Positions 23,873-37,445 are shown, counted from the whole stretch's first letter. The stretch: DNA of 62,202 bases, filler included, from Sphacelaria rigidula (GCA_964200075.2; 10 parts of 10 records of this genome joined end to end with filler, not necessarily neighbours in it), one strand, 5' to 3'. Made by a program: numbers and translations. The notes: generated by a model not told the origin, from the letters alone.

Positions 23873-24317
23873 AACACGGGATCTTACAAATTGGGGATGG
23901 ATCATTTATTGGGGATGAGAAACCCGGAGGATTAACATCTTCGTATCCACACCAACTCTTCGAAATATGGTTCCATTTTTTCACCTTCCGATAAGTATTG
24001 ACAACTGCTACACGCCATAGGAGTTCGGATTTCGATCACGGAAAGTTTGGGGTCCTGGGTGAAAAAAACAATTTCGGAACCATTTTGGCGTCCGTTCGGA
24101 GACCCGGAATTCCCCAAAATCGGTTTTTCACCTAGAACCCCAACATTTCGGTGATCGAAATCCAAACTTCTATGGCGTATAGCAGTTGTCAATAGTTATC
24201 GGTAGGTAAAGAAATGGAACCACATTTCGAAGATTTGGTGTGGATACGGAGATTTTAATCCTCCGGGTTTCTCATCCCCAATAAAGGATCCATCCCCAAT
24301 TTGTAAGATCCCGTGTT
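23873..24317. mobile_element. 445-bp foldback MITE flanked by CGTG
   Basis: AACACGGGATCTTACAAATTGGGGATGGATC...GATCCATCCCCAATTTGTAAGATCCCGTGTT with ~200-bp arms; CGTG at 23869-23872 and 24318-24321. Confidence 0.85.
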
Positions 24318-24922
24318 CGTGAGAGATGTCATGATTACCTTTTTTCGCAGTCCCTATTCGGGTATTTCATAACTCTGAGGAGGAGCTAAAGAGACAGCAT
24401 GGATTTGAGGCAGTTGATATGGTTCAACGAGCTTGGGACATCATCTTGGAAAAGACCACCGCACCTCAGATAGTGGAGTACCTAGCGATCCTTGGTTGAC
24501 CTAGCGATGGGACTATTTTGTCCAGTACTTTAGTGTTTCCCCCATTGCTGAAAAGGCACGTCCCGAACAAGAGTGGAATGGCCTCGAAATGGGCGTGAGC
24601 AAGTCACCTTTGGTTTTCTCAGGCATCATCATCAGGCACAAGAGACGTCAGTATGGCACTGTAATTTCGGAGTTTGACGCCAATAGACACTATGCGCGCA
24701 GACTTCCATCAGATCACGAGATTCAAAGCGGCATGTTGCTTGCAATGCCTGAGATCGATAAACAACAAATTGTGAGAATTGAGGTTTAACTTCGAGATGA
24801 GGCTCAAGCCTAAAACAGTGCTNNNNNNNNNNNNNNNNNNNNNNNNNNNNNNNNNNNNNNNNNNNNTTAATTAATTAANNNNNNNNNNNNNNNNNNNNNN
24901 NNNNNNNNNNNNNNNNNNNNNN

Positions 24923-25000
24923 ATAACTCCGGGAATCGAACCCCACAACTCAACCGTCAGAAGGTTACGAGGTTACCAACTGAGCCACCGGGGCGACCGG
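24923..25000 (-). mobile_element. tRNA-derived SINE head, cut by contig start
   Basis: Minus: gccccggTGGCTCAGTTGG ... GGTTCGATTCC (A and B boxes); no intact anticodon or acceptor stems. Confidence 0.65.
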
Positions 25001-26251
25001 AGACACGTGGAAGGAGAAAAAAGCCGGTAACGGTACACTTGCCACTATCGAAAAAAAATCAGTCAACTTGTCAGAGTGAGTCCTGTTTGGAGCATTCCAC
25101 TCCGAAAACCGATGTGCCTCTTGAAACTACACAGCCCAACGAAAAAAATACACCCCCCAATACCACCACCACGGTCACAGCCAGTTCACAATCAGTATAC
25201 CGTAACAAGCACCGTGGAACATGCATCACAACTGTCATGTTCATCACAATGGACCATCCAGTAAGTAGCAACGCTTGGCATCGCAATCAGAGGACCTGCC
25301 TGACGCCGCCATGGCATCAGCTTTCACTTGGGTGTGTTGCGTGGAATTCCAATGCTCGGCGGGTACTAGACGTTCCCTTGGGGGTACAGTTTTTCACTCT
25401 TGCCAGCCTAAAGTGGAAGAAGAGGGCGTGTACGATTCGTAGTCTACAGCGCACTAACAGTGCTACACCTTACTGCATTGCTTATTCCCCTTGAGACCAT
25501 GATGTCTTGCACCACCGTTATGGGTGGCATGTTCGTTGAAAAATTGTTGCAATGCGGCTTTGTTGTTTGGAAGTGCTATCATACCGTCCGTGCGGTTTCG
25601 CCGTAGTTTACCTTACCGCAATGTACTGTAGGGTTCTGCATTGCACTACAGTGCCCTGTAGTGCACCGTAGTGCAGTGGAGCATAGTGTACGGTACGGTA
25701 TGGTGCCGCAGGGTACGGTACAAAATAGACTCGTTACTGCATATGTATAAAAAATGCCGTGCTGACCTATGCACTTTCAAACTGGACGCTGGTCGATCGC
25801 ACATTGGGTGGGGCAACCTGCAGCCAATCACGCGACAAAAAAAATCACATCAAGCGACGTCACACCAGTTTCCGTCATGAACTTTCCAAAGCCTTCACTC
25901 TGAAGTCCTTTCACTCTGACTATCATGCGAAAAAACATGTTTTCAAACCCCATACTATTTGAGCTTAAAAAAAGCGCAGCCTTGCATTTTTCACTGAGAA
26001 ATTGAGATTTTCTAGTGGGACATGGATTTTTGAGGAGAGGTGTACATTGGGAACGTTGGTAGGTGTGGCGGTGGGGCGGCGCACGGACGCAAGAGGCTTT
26101 TTAGCTCGTAACGCCGAGAAGTGTTCGGCGATTGGCGGTTTGCCGCTGAACTCACTTCCAGGGGCCGCCGAATATTTCAAGACTTGAGGCTGCAGATTAG
26201 GTGCTGTCGCTTGGCTGCTGCCATCGCTCTCCATTGAACATATCTACCGTA

Positions 26252-26679
26252 TAGCAGTGCATACTCGAAAATAGGGTTGAAAAAATAAATGAGGTTCAAC
26301 TCAAAAGCCGGGCTTTCCCTGACCTAAATTCATGACAAATTACTTTCATTCTGACGACTTCATCCCTCCCGACCTCCCCAAAACTATTTCGGGGGGTTTC
26401 TAACCTTCCGTTCCTCCAGAGGGTGTGTGCGAATGCACACTTTTGCCTCGATTTCGGGGTGAAAAAAGGACGTTGTTTTGCCCAAAAATCGTGCTCTCGC
26501 ACATACCCTTTGGGGGTACGGCAGGCAAGAAATCCCCCGAAATAGTTGTAGGGAGGTCGGGAGGGATCAAGTCGTCCGTATGAAAGCCGTTTGTCATGAA
26601 TTTGGGTCAGGGAAAGCACGGCTTTTGAGTTGAACCTCATTTTTCTCTTTTCAACCCCATTTTCGAGAATCCACTGTTG
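26252..26679. mobile_element. Foldback MITE with TA TSD (Tc1/mariner-like)
   Basis: TA|tagCAGTG..ctcgaaaatagggttgaaaa..atgaggttcaactcaaaagcc mirrored by ggcttttgagttgaacctcat..ttttcaaccccattttcgag..CACTGttg|TA. Confidence 0.75.
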
Positions 26680-28399
26680 TATGCTGTTGATATCTCTGCT
26701 TAGTATTCCACAACAAAATTACAGACTGTGAAACTATGCTGGCAACGCATGAGTGGTCATGCAGGCGGCACAGACCACGAGCAGAATAAAAAAGCACTTC
26801 ATGTATGCTCACGTGATCTATGGTTAAAATGTCGAGGGCAAAATGAGAAATACGGCTTGACAGCGAAGTTGTTCACCTGAAGGGGGAACAAAGTGACGAT
26901 TTTGATGGCCGTGAATCTTCACAATGGTCACTCCGCTCCTCTCGGGCCTTGTTCCTGGCTTTTGATTTTCTATGGGATACTTCAAACACACATGGATAAC
27001 TTGATGACCTTTTCGGCTGTTCTTGGAATGAGTCCCCACCCTCCGGTCAATCCCCCCCCACCCCACCCCCTGGAAACCCCCGGATGTCCCTGGACTGTAA
27101 GCCTTTGAAACTGTTCTGAGATGACGCTACTGGACGACGAGAATTTTGCATTCAACGTTACCATTTCGGGGTTTTCAAAACGGGTAATCAAAAAAGACAA
27201 CTCGGAAATCGTATCTGCGCTTCCGAATTAGTAGGGTAGGGATAACCTTGCGGCCGAATCGAGTATAGCCTGGCACCGCAATGCCAAGCGACGTGTTCTG
27301 TCCAATTCATTTGAATTTAGAATAGCATGCGGGCTAATGTTGCCGCGCTTTTGCTGGGACAAACATCCCTCTCCCCGCTGAGATTGTTGGGGGGGAGAAG
27401 GGGTGGGGAGGCGGGGCGAACCTGTTAACGATGCCGCCCACGTGCTCAGGGGCGTCGTCGGTCGTGTGTTGATACCTACTTATCTGGACACAACGATGAA
27501 TAACACCCCCCCCCCCATTGTGTTTGTTGAGGGTACTGAGCTATCCCATGCCCGACCGGGGAGAAATGAGGAGTCGGAGATGACCATGTTATTATTTGAG
27601 CATTCTATCGATGTGTTCGTGTGTTCGGGTGCATCGCCAAACGTGAGTAACATGCCGAAGCAGTAGGTACCACTTTGCGATCTGTTTGGCGGGGAGTAGC
27701 ATGCATTAACTACTCGGGTAAGGATGTTTTTTTCGTTCTTTCATATTTCAAACATCCCCAAAACAGTTATATATCATCCAAAGGTGTTGTTATTCGCACG
27801 CTTTAGGCCCGAATGGTGGACAGCAAGCCCAAATTCACCGTATAAACCACACATGCATTCCCAGGCCAGATTTTACCGAATCTGCACATACTTGAAGTCA
27901 AAGTTACCGCCATCAACTCGGGAATCCAACGGGAAAAAAACTAGGGCTGTGAACTGACAGCTCTGGTTGGTTGAGTTCAAACTGGTAGCGCCAGTGGCCC
28001 GTTAGTTGATGTTTCTCCAGTCAACCGTCTTTTGCCTTTGAAAACATGACGGCGAGCGGCAATGCCGCCAGCGTCAACACCCGCCCCGGCTGGCGAGGGG
28101 GGGGCGTTGGAGCGTCGCCGGAGGCAAGAAAAAATGCGGTATTTGTCTCGTTTCCCCTTTTGAAAGAGAGGATATTTGTAAATTGTAAATAATGTGAGCC
28201 CTCTCATTGAGACTTGAATGATATTGAAATATCATGTAACATGGCGAGCGATTCGACAAACGTTAGAAGCCGTCGCGAACGCCGGCCCAGGGAAGTGCAT
28301 GTTTGCAGGAAAGTTCGCTTAAAGCACCATTCGTATGTAACATGCCCTGACCGTGCATGATCACCCCTGCGCGTGATCAGCGAGGGGATGGAACATTAA

Positions 28400-30600
28400 C
28401 TTCCCCGTGGTGCATGTAACCTCGTGTAGAGTAACGACGTGTATCACTCGTTGGAGTTGGTAGTATGCTTATTTCACCCCCAGGAATAGGCATGGAGAGT
28501 GAAAAGGATCATGAGGAAATTGGATATAGTGGATGCGATCTAACGAGGCTCCCCGTGTGTTCTTAGGCATCGCCATTCGTGTGAAAATGCCCATGTAAGG
28601 ACGCTTCATACAGACTGAATAAAGCCACTAGAGAAAGTTCGGGCAGACGACTTTTCCCAGTGATTTTTTTCAGAGGAGTCAGTTCTCAAAACCCCACCTG
28701 ATAGTCTATGAAAAAATACTGGGGATTTGTACATCCGAGGCCATCATCTAGCCTGCGTCCAGACGGTGGTACAAGTAGTGATCATCATCTTGCATTTTGT
28801 GCTTGTGTCACCGACGGTAAGCTAACACGTAAATATTCCCATCCAGGTACAGGATAAATGGGATGGCAACAAACACACACACGCGTGCACACACACAATA
28901 GCTACTGATGTAATAGGGATTGAAATGACAGGCGTATCTGCGCAAAATGCAACATGAAATGAGTGTCAACGGTTTTGGACCCGTGTCCGGTGTATCGCTT
29001 TTCGACGGTTGTTATAAAGGCTGCTTAGTAACCAACTCCAAGTGCGAAGGCTGGTCATATTATTTGCCACACTCCTTTGTTCGACCTGTGTTGCTCTTGA
29101 TCAGCTCCTGCTTTATCCTTGTGTGTACTTTCATGTCGCAACTGGGGGTGTTTTGGTGCCTCACCGGAGGAGTTACTTTACTGACTAGAAAACCCGCTTC
29201 TCCCTGGTACATGTTCATTCGTTCGCACCCTACTCTGAGCACGGCGGACATCAAACCAGTCCCAAGCACATCTCTGGATCTTAGAAACGCGGACAACTCA
29301 CACATCAACAGTAGCTAGCTTCATTCGTTTCGACCTCACCTTAGGGGAAAAGAAAACCCTGCCCGTTGAAGCCTTTGCTCTACGCGATTTGGGTCCCGAC
29401 TACCTGCAGGAACAAAGAGACCAAGCCCTCCATCTGTGTACTAAATGCCGGACAATCTTTTCGTTTTCACGACATGTGTTAGGATGCTGAACGATACGTG
29501 AAGCTAAATGTCCACTCCTACCGGTTACACAACCCGTCGACAGACCGCCCTACAGGGCCAACCTTAGGGTACAAGAAGTCATCGACAACTTCGTACGAAA
29601 CGAATCCTCAGCTGGAATGCCTCGTAGAAATGTCATTTCCGTGATGAATCAGTAGATGCGCTATGCACTGTAAATCCCGATATTAAACAAGCCAGCCATG
29701 ACGGTGGGACAGATGCCAGTTGGCAGAGTTTTAAGAACATTTGGCATTCCGAAAAAATTTACTCTGATCAAGTCAAGGAGTTTGAGAATCGAGTCATCTA
29801 CCAGCTACAAACTGAGAATACCTGCACAACTCCGTTCAGATCTCAAGGCAACGCAGTTTCAAAGCGGGTAAGGTACACTCAAATCTACACGCCATGCTGG
29901 CAATGCGCACTTCAGTCAAACTACGACAACTAGACAACCATGGATGCAAATGGCGTCATCTTTTTCAAAGTATCGCCACTAGTATACAACTTCAACTTCG
30001 GCAACGACGCAAAACAAACGTCGATAGATTTGGCTCACTGGAAAAAGTACTACTCACAGGAGGAAGCAACGGCGCCCGATTTTGATCGACTTGCCCACTT
30101 TTTCTCCGGGAAAATAGTCGCCTCTTCCAGAGGCTGACCGCCGAGATGTAGCATGCACCGGTGACAAAGTGGTGAGACTTGAACCAAGCCCAGGGCGGAA
30201 AAGCGATCTCAACCATAAATACTGCCTCAGACTCAGGATACGGTCCATTGGCTGACCTAAAGTACAGTGCGTACAGTACAGAATCAAGCAAAATTGATAA
30301 ATACTGCCTCAGACTCAGGATACGGTCCATTGGCTGACCTAAAGTACAGTGCGTACAGTACAGAATCAAGCAAAATTGATCAGCGCGTCTCCACCAGACC
30401 CGCCGTCTCATAACACGAGAAGAAGAGAACGGGTTAGTGAAACCGTTCACGCGAAAAGCAAGTTTCCCCCGAAGAACAATTACCGGAAAGGTGCACTTGC
30501 AGGGAAATGTCCCGCTACATGCAGACGCGTTAAGTATTAAGTCAAGACAACATAAAACGGATGCCATGGCCAATGCGACCACGAGGACGCCAGCGGTGAA
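28400..30600 (+). mobile_element. Heavily decayed Ty3/Gypsy pol region
   Basis: 29720-29910 reads, with frameshifts, RVLRTFGIP..YSDQVKEFENRVIYQLQ..TTPFRSQGNAVSKR..LHAMLAM (integrase core). Outer limits approximate. Confidence 0.65.
30215..30380. repeat. Perfect 82-bp tandem duplication
   Basis: ataaatactgcctcag...caagcaaaattg starts at 30215 and again at 30297. Confidence 0.95.
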
Positions 30601-30985
30601 GAGAGACTAGATCCAAAGGTCTGAGCTCCTACCAGCGAATAGGGGTATTGCTGGTGAGGATAGCTGTGGAAATTTTGTAATCTTGGAATGTACCACTCCA
30701 GACATACAAATACAGCCACCGTTCTCTTTTTGTCTTCGATATTTGTCTTCCCCAGACGCAAGTATACCATACCATACGGTAATCACCACAGGTTTAGTGT
30801 CCAAGCAAAATGCGGGAAGACAACCCATTTCCATGCCGAAACACAATGTCTCCACTGAGTCGCCCATAAATCAGCATCTATGTGGTATCAAAATCAGTCC
30901 TGATCACACAGAAATTACAGATGCCGCGATCATGTGACCGAGTCACAAACTGCCGACACAAGTATGCTAAATACATAAACCTGGG

Positions 30986-30989
<4 letters not shown>

Positions 30990-31052
<63 letters not shown>
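30990..31052. repeat. (TTA)n microsatellite at contig end
   Basis: About 20 TTA units. Confidence 0.95.
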
Positions 31053-31451
31053 NNNNNNNNNNNNNNNNNNNNNNNNNNNNNNNNNNNNNNNNNNNNTTAA
31101 TTAATTAANNNNNNNNNNNNNNNNNNNNNNNNNNNNNNNNNNNNNNNNNNNNGTGAAATGTCCCCCGTCTCGTATTTTTTTCCCGAGAATCTTGTGAAAT
31201 AATCAACCGTAAGTAGCCATCTTGTTATTTTCACTCGTTATTTGCAAATAACGGGAGGAAATAACCAACCGGAAGAAACGGCCTTATTAGGCTACTTGTC
31301 ATGTATCGAAAAAATTAACTTCTTGTTGAAAGGTGCTTTTTTTACCCTTCTCGGTCGTTTTTGCCCGGAAAAGAGGGCTCAGCGGATGTTGACACCTGAG
31401 AACGTTCCAGAGCGCATTTGCGTTTTCCGTAGGTCATAGTGTAATGCGTGA

Positions 31452-31625
31452 GAGGACCGCGTGCTCAGAGGACCGCGTGCTCAGAGGACCGCGTGCTCAG
31501 AGGACCGCACCGTCGCTCGAAACACCTCAGTATCGACGTTGTCCAAAACCAATCGGGCCAGTCCCTGCAGGTACCACGCCCCTGACCCCAACCCCAACAC
31601 TAACCCTAACCCCAACCCCAACCAT
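31452..31625. repeat. 16-bp tandem (GAGGACCGCGTGCTCA, about 3.5 copies) plus a degenerate CCCTAA/CCCCAA tract
   Basis: Direct reading; the telomere-like hexamers at 31579-31623 are degenerate and interstitial. Confidence 0.75.
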
Positions 31626-32941
31626 AGGGATGTTCAACTTCCAACGCGGTCCTCCGCGGACGCAGTCCTCTCACGCATTACAACAGTTTCAAGCTTGGCC
31701 AAAAATCAGACAGTACAGTACAGACTGCTGTACAACAGTGAGTGGCGGCCTGTACTGTCCAGATGGTGTGTGTTTCGCACAGCATGCGGGCGCGATGTGG
31801 AAAAGAGGAGGGCAACGCGGCACACAGCAGATTTGACAAACAGCACAACTTTCTGACTCTCTCTCTATACAGGAGGATGCAAAGCAGATTTGAACCATGT
31901 GCAGTTTTTCACCGCCTCTACTGTGTTACGGATCGCGGCGTGATGCGGTGGAAGGGGGACAGTACAATGATGGGCCGTTGATTCGGAACGAAGATACGCG
32001 CCCGGAGGGCTGATCGCAGGAACTGGCTAGTACCTGCGGTCAGGGGTGAGGATGTTAAGTAATCCGTCAAGATACGGAGTACATAAAAACATGCCTCTTA
32101 CATCTGGTTGAATCCGATTCTTTCTAAGAATCGGTGCAACGCTAAGATGACCCTGGTGTTCAGAGAAAAACCTCGAGAGAGATTCTGGCAATAAACACCA
32201 CCAAGGAACAAAAGAAATCGAATTACCTGAAGCTGTGAGCGAGGATATCCTGACGATCGACGTGTACTGTACTGCGTTGGACTATCTCCCCACGCGCTGT
32301 CAACTGACTATTGTTACAAGATTAACGGTGAGACAGATGGAGTTCGAGTGCAATAGTAAATAAAATGAAATAAACGAACTGGTGCACAAGTGAATGGCAG
32401 TCAAATAATAAGTAGAATAAAAGGTCACCCATGAAACAGTGAAATTCCTTAATCATTGACCGAAGTCTTGTTGTTGGCCTAGATCAGTGATCAACCTGCA
32501 CTGTAGAGTTAATCAAATGTCGACAACAACTGGAGACTCCAGTTTACTTGTAACATACTGTCCATGAGCGCGTTGGCAATTCGATCGCCCACCCCGACAC
32601 GGAACGTCGTCGGTGGACCCTGCCACAAAATTAGATGCCTAAGTTTTCGATAACAAAAAGGAACACATCATGCCAAAACAGTGGTGGTGTCGGTTTCCTA
32701 TTACTGCTGCAGTTTATATCCCTATGCTGAGTTCGTGATCTATGCCGTAGGGTTGGGTAGGTAGCTGCGAATGAACCATTTGGGTTTGGCGTCATTCTGT
32801 GAAAGGGTAGTATCTGACAGGCTCGTCTGTAGCATAGGTACTTCTTTACCTATGTATAGTACAGTGCAGACAGTATAGACTGTACAACAGTAGTGGCGCC
32901 CTGTACTACTGTGTTGTGTACTTCTTCAACTAGAAAACACG

Positions 32942-34306
32942 GCGTCCTGACTGATACTATCTGTTACAGAGAGACGAGCACAACAAAACAGCACATCAAG
33001 CAACCTCGGGGGAGACCAAACCGTCTTCGCAAGGTCTCAACACACCCCAGAACAGTGATAGCTACAGCACATGAGAGCAAAAGTGAGTGTGTTTGTGCTG
33101 CATTACAGTGAGACAAGACATGTCTCATGTCTTAGTTCTTCGGCTGATTTCAAACGGGCCCTCAGTGTTTGCAGTGTGTCGGTCTTGAACGCTCGGACAT
33201 AATCGCCCTCCGCGCAAATAATTTAATCTACTACAAAATTGTCCCCATGTATGGGTCCTGTGCCGTATCTTGCCGTGAACACAGGATCTTACAAATTGGG
33301 GATGGATCTTTCGTTGGGGATGAGAAACCCGGAGATTTAAAAAATTTCGTGTTCACGTCAAATCTTGGAAATATGGTTCCATGTGTTCACCTACTGACAG
33401 CTGTTGACACCTGCTACACGCCATAGAAATCCGGATTTCGACCACCGAAATGTTGGAGTCCTAGGTGAAAAAATAATTTCGGAACCATTTTGGCGTCCGT
33501 TCGGACACCCGGAATTCCCCAAAATTGTTTTTTCCCCTAGGACCCCAACATTTCGGTGATCGAAATCCGAATTTCTATGGCGTGTAGCAATGGTCGATAG
33601 CCATTAGTGGGTGAACAAATGGAACCGTAAGTCGAAATTTGGTGTGGATACGAAAATTTTAATCCTCAGGGTTTCTCATCCCCGATAAAAGATCCATCCC
33701 CATTTTGTAAGATCCCGTGTTCGTGGCCGCGAGCGCTGGCGCCGATACCAACGGCAGCACCCGTCATGCTGACGGGTGCAGGCAGTAAGTACCCTGGCGG
33801 TGCAGTGTATCCGCACTGTGCTGTGCGTCGCTCCTTTCATTGGAGCATGGGGTCTGGCCCAGCCGGTCGAGCGGTGTATACTGGTGCTGGTTGTGTATCT
33901 TTACCCAGCCGTGTTCTGTATCGCGCACGTGATGGGTCCGGATAACATGAACTTTCCGACAGTCAAGTGTGTGGACAGCACTGCGTCCTGACTGATACTA
34001 TCTGTTACAGAGAGACGAGCACAACAAAACAGCACATCAAGCAACCTCGGCGGAGACCAAACCGTCTTCGCAAGGTCTCAACACACCCCAGAACAGTGAT
34101 AGCTACAGCACATGAGAGCAAAAGTGAGTGTGTTTGTGCTGCATTACAGTGAGACAAGACATGTCCCATGTCTTAGTTCTTCGGCTGATTTCAAACGGGC
34201 CCTAAGTGTTTGCAGTGTGTCGGTCTTGAACGCTCGCGACATAATCGCCCTCCGCGCAAATAATTTAATCTACTACAAAATTGTCCCCATGTATGGGTCC
34301 TGTGCC
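32942..34306. repeat. ~323-bp near-identical direct repeats (32942-33264 and 33983-34306) bracketing a MITE
   Basis: gcgtcctgactgatactatc...tatgggtcctgtgcc occurs twice with a handful of differences. Confidence 0.9.
33278..33721. mobile_element. Second copy of the CGTG-flanked foldback MITE
   Basis: Same termini and centre as 23873-24317; CGTG at 33274-33277 and 33722-33725. Confidence 0.85.
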
Positions 34307-37300
34307 ATTGGTTTTGCAACAAGAGAAGCTGATGCATACTGTATACAGTCCGTCTTCAGGTTCTAAACCTGAAAAACACTGCAGAACTGCCGTGTTGTCT
34401 TGTGTTCATTGTAGTACTCTGCACTCTATATACCACTGCAGAATTGTCATGTGTTCTGTGTAGTACGCTGTACTTCATATAATGGGATCATGTTTTGAGC
34501 AGTTTTTCGAAAAGTTCTCTGTTTTTCGAAAAGTATTCCGAAAAAACGAGAGTGTTTTCTGTCACAGATACGTATCTTATGTCGAATCTGGAGTAGCCTG
34601 AGACAACAACCAAGTTGAAATTTGTAATGAAGTCGACAGTTGCGAAAATGTTTCATTTCGCACTGAACATGCGAAAGTTGAAGCGCGGAGACATGAGAAA
34701 TCATTTCGAAAGTGCTTTCTACTATGAATATAAGGAACGTGTTTCCGAAATTCCATGATGATCAGCTCGAGCTGCTCTCTCCGGCAAAAAGAGAGCATTT
34801 CTTCCGGGTTGCTGCTCGCAAATGCTCCCATCGTATATCCTGATACAATAATGGGCAAGAATGACAACTCTTCTGCTGCAGCGGTCTTACTCGTCATGTT
34901 ATGACGTTTCAACAAGACAAATGATGGAAGATCGTAGGCGGTCATGTCGTTGTTCGAGGACTTCAGGGGCAGCGTAGAGAGATTTGAGTTATCGCGTGTG
35001 GGAGAACGAGTCGGAGCGAACGTAGAGTTGATCGAACAACACTACGTCTGTTCCGGCCCATTTCCCCACTAAATGAGGCAAACCAGACTTACGCTGCCTT
35101 TGCCTCCTCGAACAACGGCATAAGCGCCTACGGCAAGGTGAGCAATGCGTGGCTTTTTATCATTTGTCTTGTTTCAACATCATAACACAACAGATAATAC
35201 CGCCGCAGCAACAAAGTTGCCAATCTTACCAACTGGCTGTCATGATGTACGACGGGAGTACCTGCGAGCAGCAACCCGCGAGAGTTTTTGGCAGACAGAG
35301 AACAACTCGAGCTGATCACTACAGAGTTTCGGAAACGCGTTCAGAGTATATGCGATTAATACCTGTCTGACATAAGTACATCGCGACATACCGCACCAGC
35401 AAGAGAGACAACCAACCGCTGAGCCAGTTCTTGAACACGGCAGCTGAAGCAAAACAAAGGTTCGTCCACCACACTCAATAGCACCGACTATTAATACAAA
35501 CGCAAACACCATCCCAAGGCTGCCACCATGAGAAACGATTTCAACCTTGCCTTTGAGCAGACTTTCACGGGGGATATTATACAGTGCCTCACTTGTGTCG
35601 CCCACGCAAATCAAGATCATGTTCAATCTGTGAGGACAACTGAACTACTAATTTTATGATTTTTCCGCCATCTCCGCACAGCGTACCCCATCATCACAAA
35701 TACGGAGTAATACACTTGATCCTTTGAGCACAACGTTTCAGGTCCTTGCTGTGGAAGCAGTGGTTCATAGGACTCGAGGCATAGACAAAAAAAATGGGCT
35801 CAAATGAAGAATATTTGCTTTACGGTCGGAGGGTCTCAAGAGGGGGAAAAAACGATGAAAAAAATGTCATCACACACAAAGAATTACTGAACGGCGTCAA
35901 TCCGTGAAGGAGGCGACCCAAAATCGCGTCGAAGCTCCTTCATGTTCCTGGCTGTGTTACCGATCTTCAACTCGACCCATCCCTCCGAGACTTCCATCCA
36001 TTTTTTCGTCGCTGCGGGTGCCGCCAGCTTACTTTCCCGCACGCACTCATGCCGCCGTCGGTACATACGAAACCTTGAAACAAACAAAGCAAAAATCAGG
36101 GAAGGGGACAAGAAATAATAAACGGAAGAGTCGCTCATGTCATTTTCATTCAATAGTTGGCTTCCATGATATGTACATGACTCTGTTTCTGTTTTGTTTC
36201 TTCTCATTTTGGCCCTGTTCTATTCGAGTTCTATTTACTTAGCAAGTGTTTTCGTTCATTCACCCTCAGTACGTACGCACATCTATTTCCTTGGGGCAAC
36301 AACGGCTGGATTCGGGGCCGATGAGCTCATGTGCGACAAAAATCAATCAACCAACGGATCAACCAATCAACCAACGGATTACCCAATCAATCAATCAATC
36401 AATCAATGATGAGGCATTACTACAAATACATTTAATGGGGGTAGCTCTACAGTGCAGACGGTCTTCTTAGTGAGGGGTCCCTCCACAGTGCGGTTAAAAT
36501 CTTCTGTCACAAGTCTGATACGCACCAGGAACATCAAGGAACTGCCCTCTACCAGTATACGTTCATGAGAGATCCCAGTATAGTGCGGTCATACCAAACT
36601 GGCGAACCACCGAACTTTTCGGGGACCCCTGCTATATGCTGTACCCAACCCAAGTAGAAAAAAGCGGGCACATGCCCAAGTATGGAGAATAGAGTGTTCC
36701 TACAATAGGCGCCGCAGTAAATAAAACGTAACATATTCCACTCAACGACAGTCGGCAAGTAGGCAAAATGTTCAGGACGGTGTGTGCGTGTCCCTAATGT
36801 ACATCAAGCGCCGCCACAACAAAGAGGTACAGTACCCCAATCATCAAACGCTGGTAAATACTCAACATACAGAGGAGGACGTGCCTATATGAAAGAGGTA
36901 CAGTCCTCCAATGATCAAGCGTCGGTGATTACGTAAGGTGTAGGGGAGCACGCGCCTACACCGGGGGCCTCTACGAGAAGAGGTAATGTTCTTCAACGAC
37001 AAATTACGGGCACACGCGATCATGGAGGGTAGGGTATCCCTAGTTGACGTTTTCGCTGAAAAAAACGAGGGTACAGTACTCCTGTGAAAGAAAAAAGCCG
37101 GCAAACACGGATATGAAGATAAAGTTGTGCCTACATAAGGTATCGCTATGCAAAAGGGCGATAAGTGCGCATGTTTAATTAGGGTGTCCCTACATGAAGT
37201 GCCAGTGAAAAAAAGGTGTACGAGCTGGGCCAGCCTAGAGGCTGCATGAACGTTTGCAGGCGGATGCGCCGGCCAATATTTGNNNNNNNNNNNNNNNNNN

Positions 37301-37396
37301 NNNNNNNNNNNNNNNNNNNNNNNNNNTTAATTAATTAANNNNNNNNNNNNNNNNNNNNNNNNNNNNNNNNNNNNNNNNNNNNGGGCTCTTCCAATT

Positions 37397-37445
37397 TAAG
37401 GAAAGCAAAAAATGGGTACGCCCCCCCCGCCCTCCCCCCCCCCCC
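37397..37445 (+). mobile_element. Minimal 3' end of poly(C)-tailed LINE
   Basis: taaggaaagcaaaaaatgggtacg + C tract, followed by cctggaaacccccggatgtc, which at 27050-27095 is itself preceded by a C-run. Confidence 0.55.

Noticed and set aside
24923..25000. Functional tRNA gene (also 20927-21003, 3860-3930 and 15127-15197)
   Set aside because: A and B boxes are present but the acceptor and anticodon stems do not close; treated as SINE heads or pseudogenes.
25965..26234. 89-aa ORF MESDGSSQ... as a gene start
   Set aside because: No recognisable domain, downstream exon or repeat evidence.
31579..31623. Telomere
   Set aside because: Short, degenerate (mostly CCCCAA) and internal to a contig.
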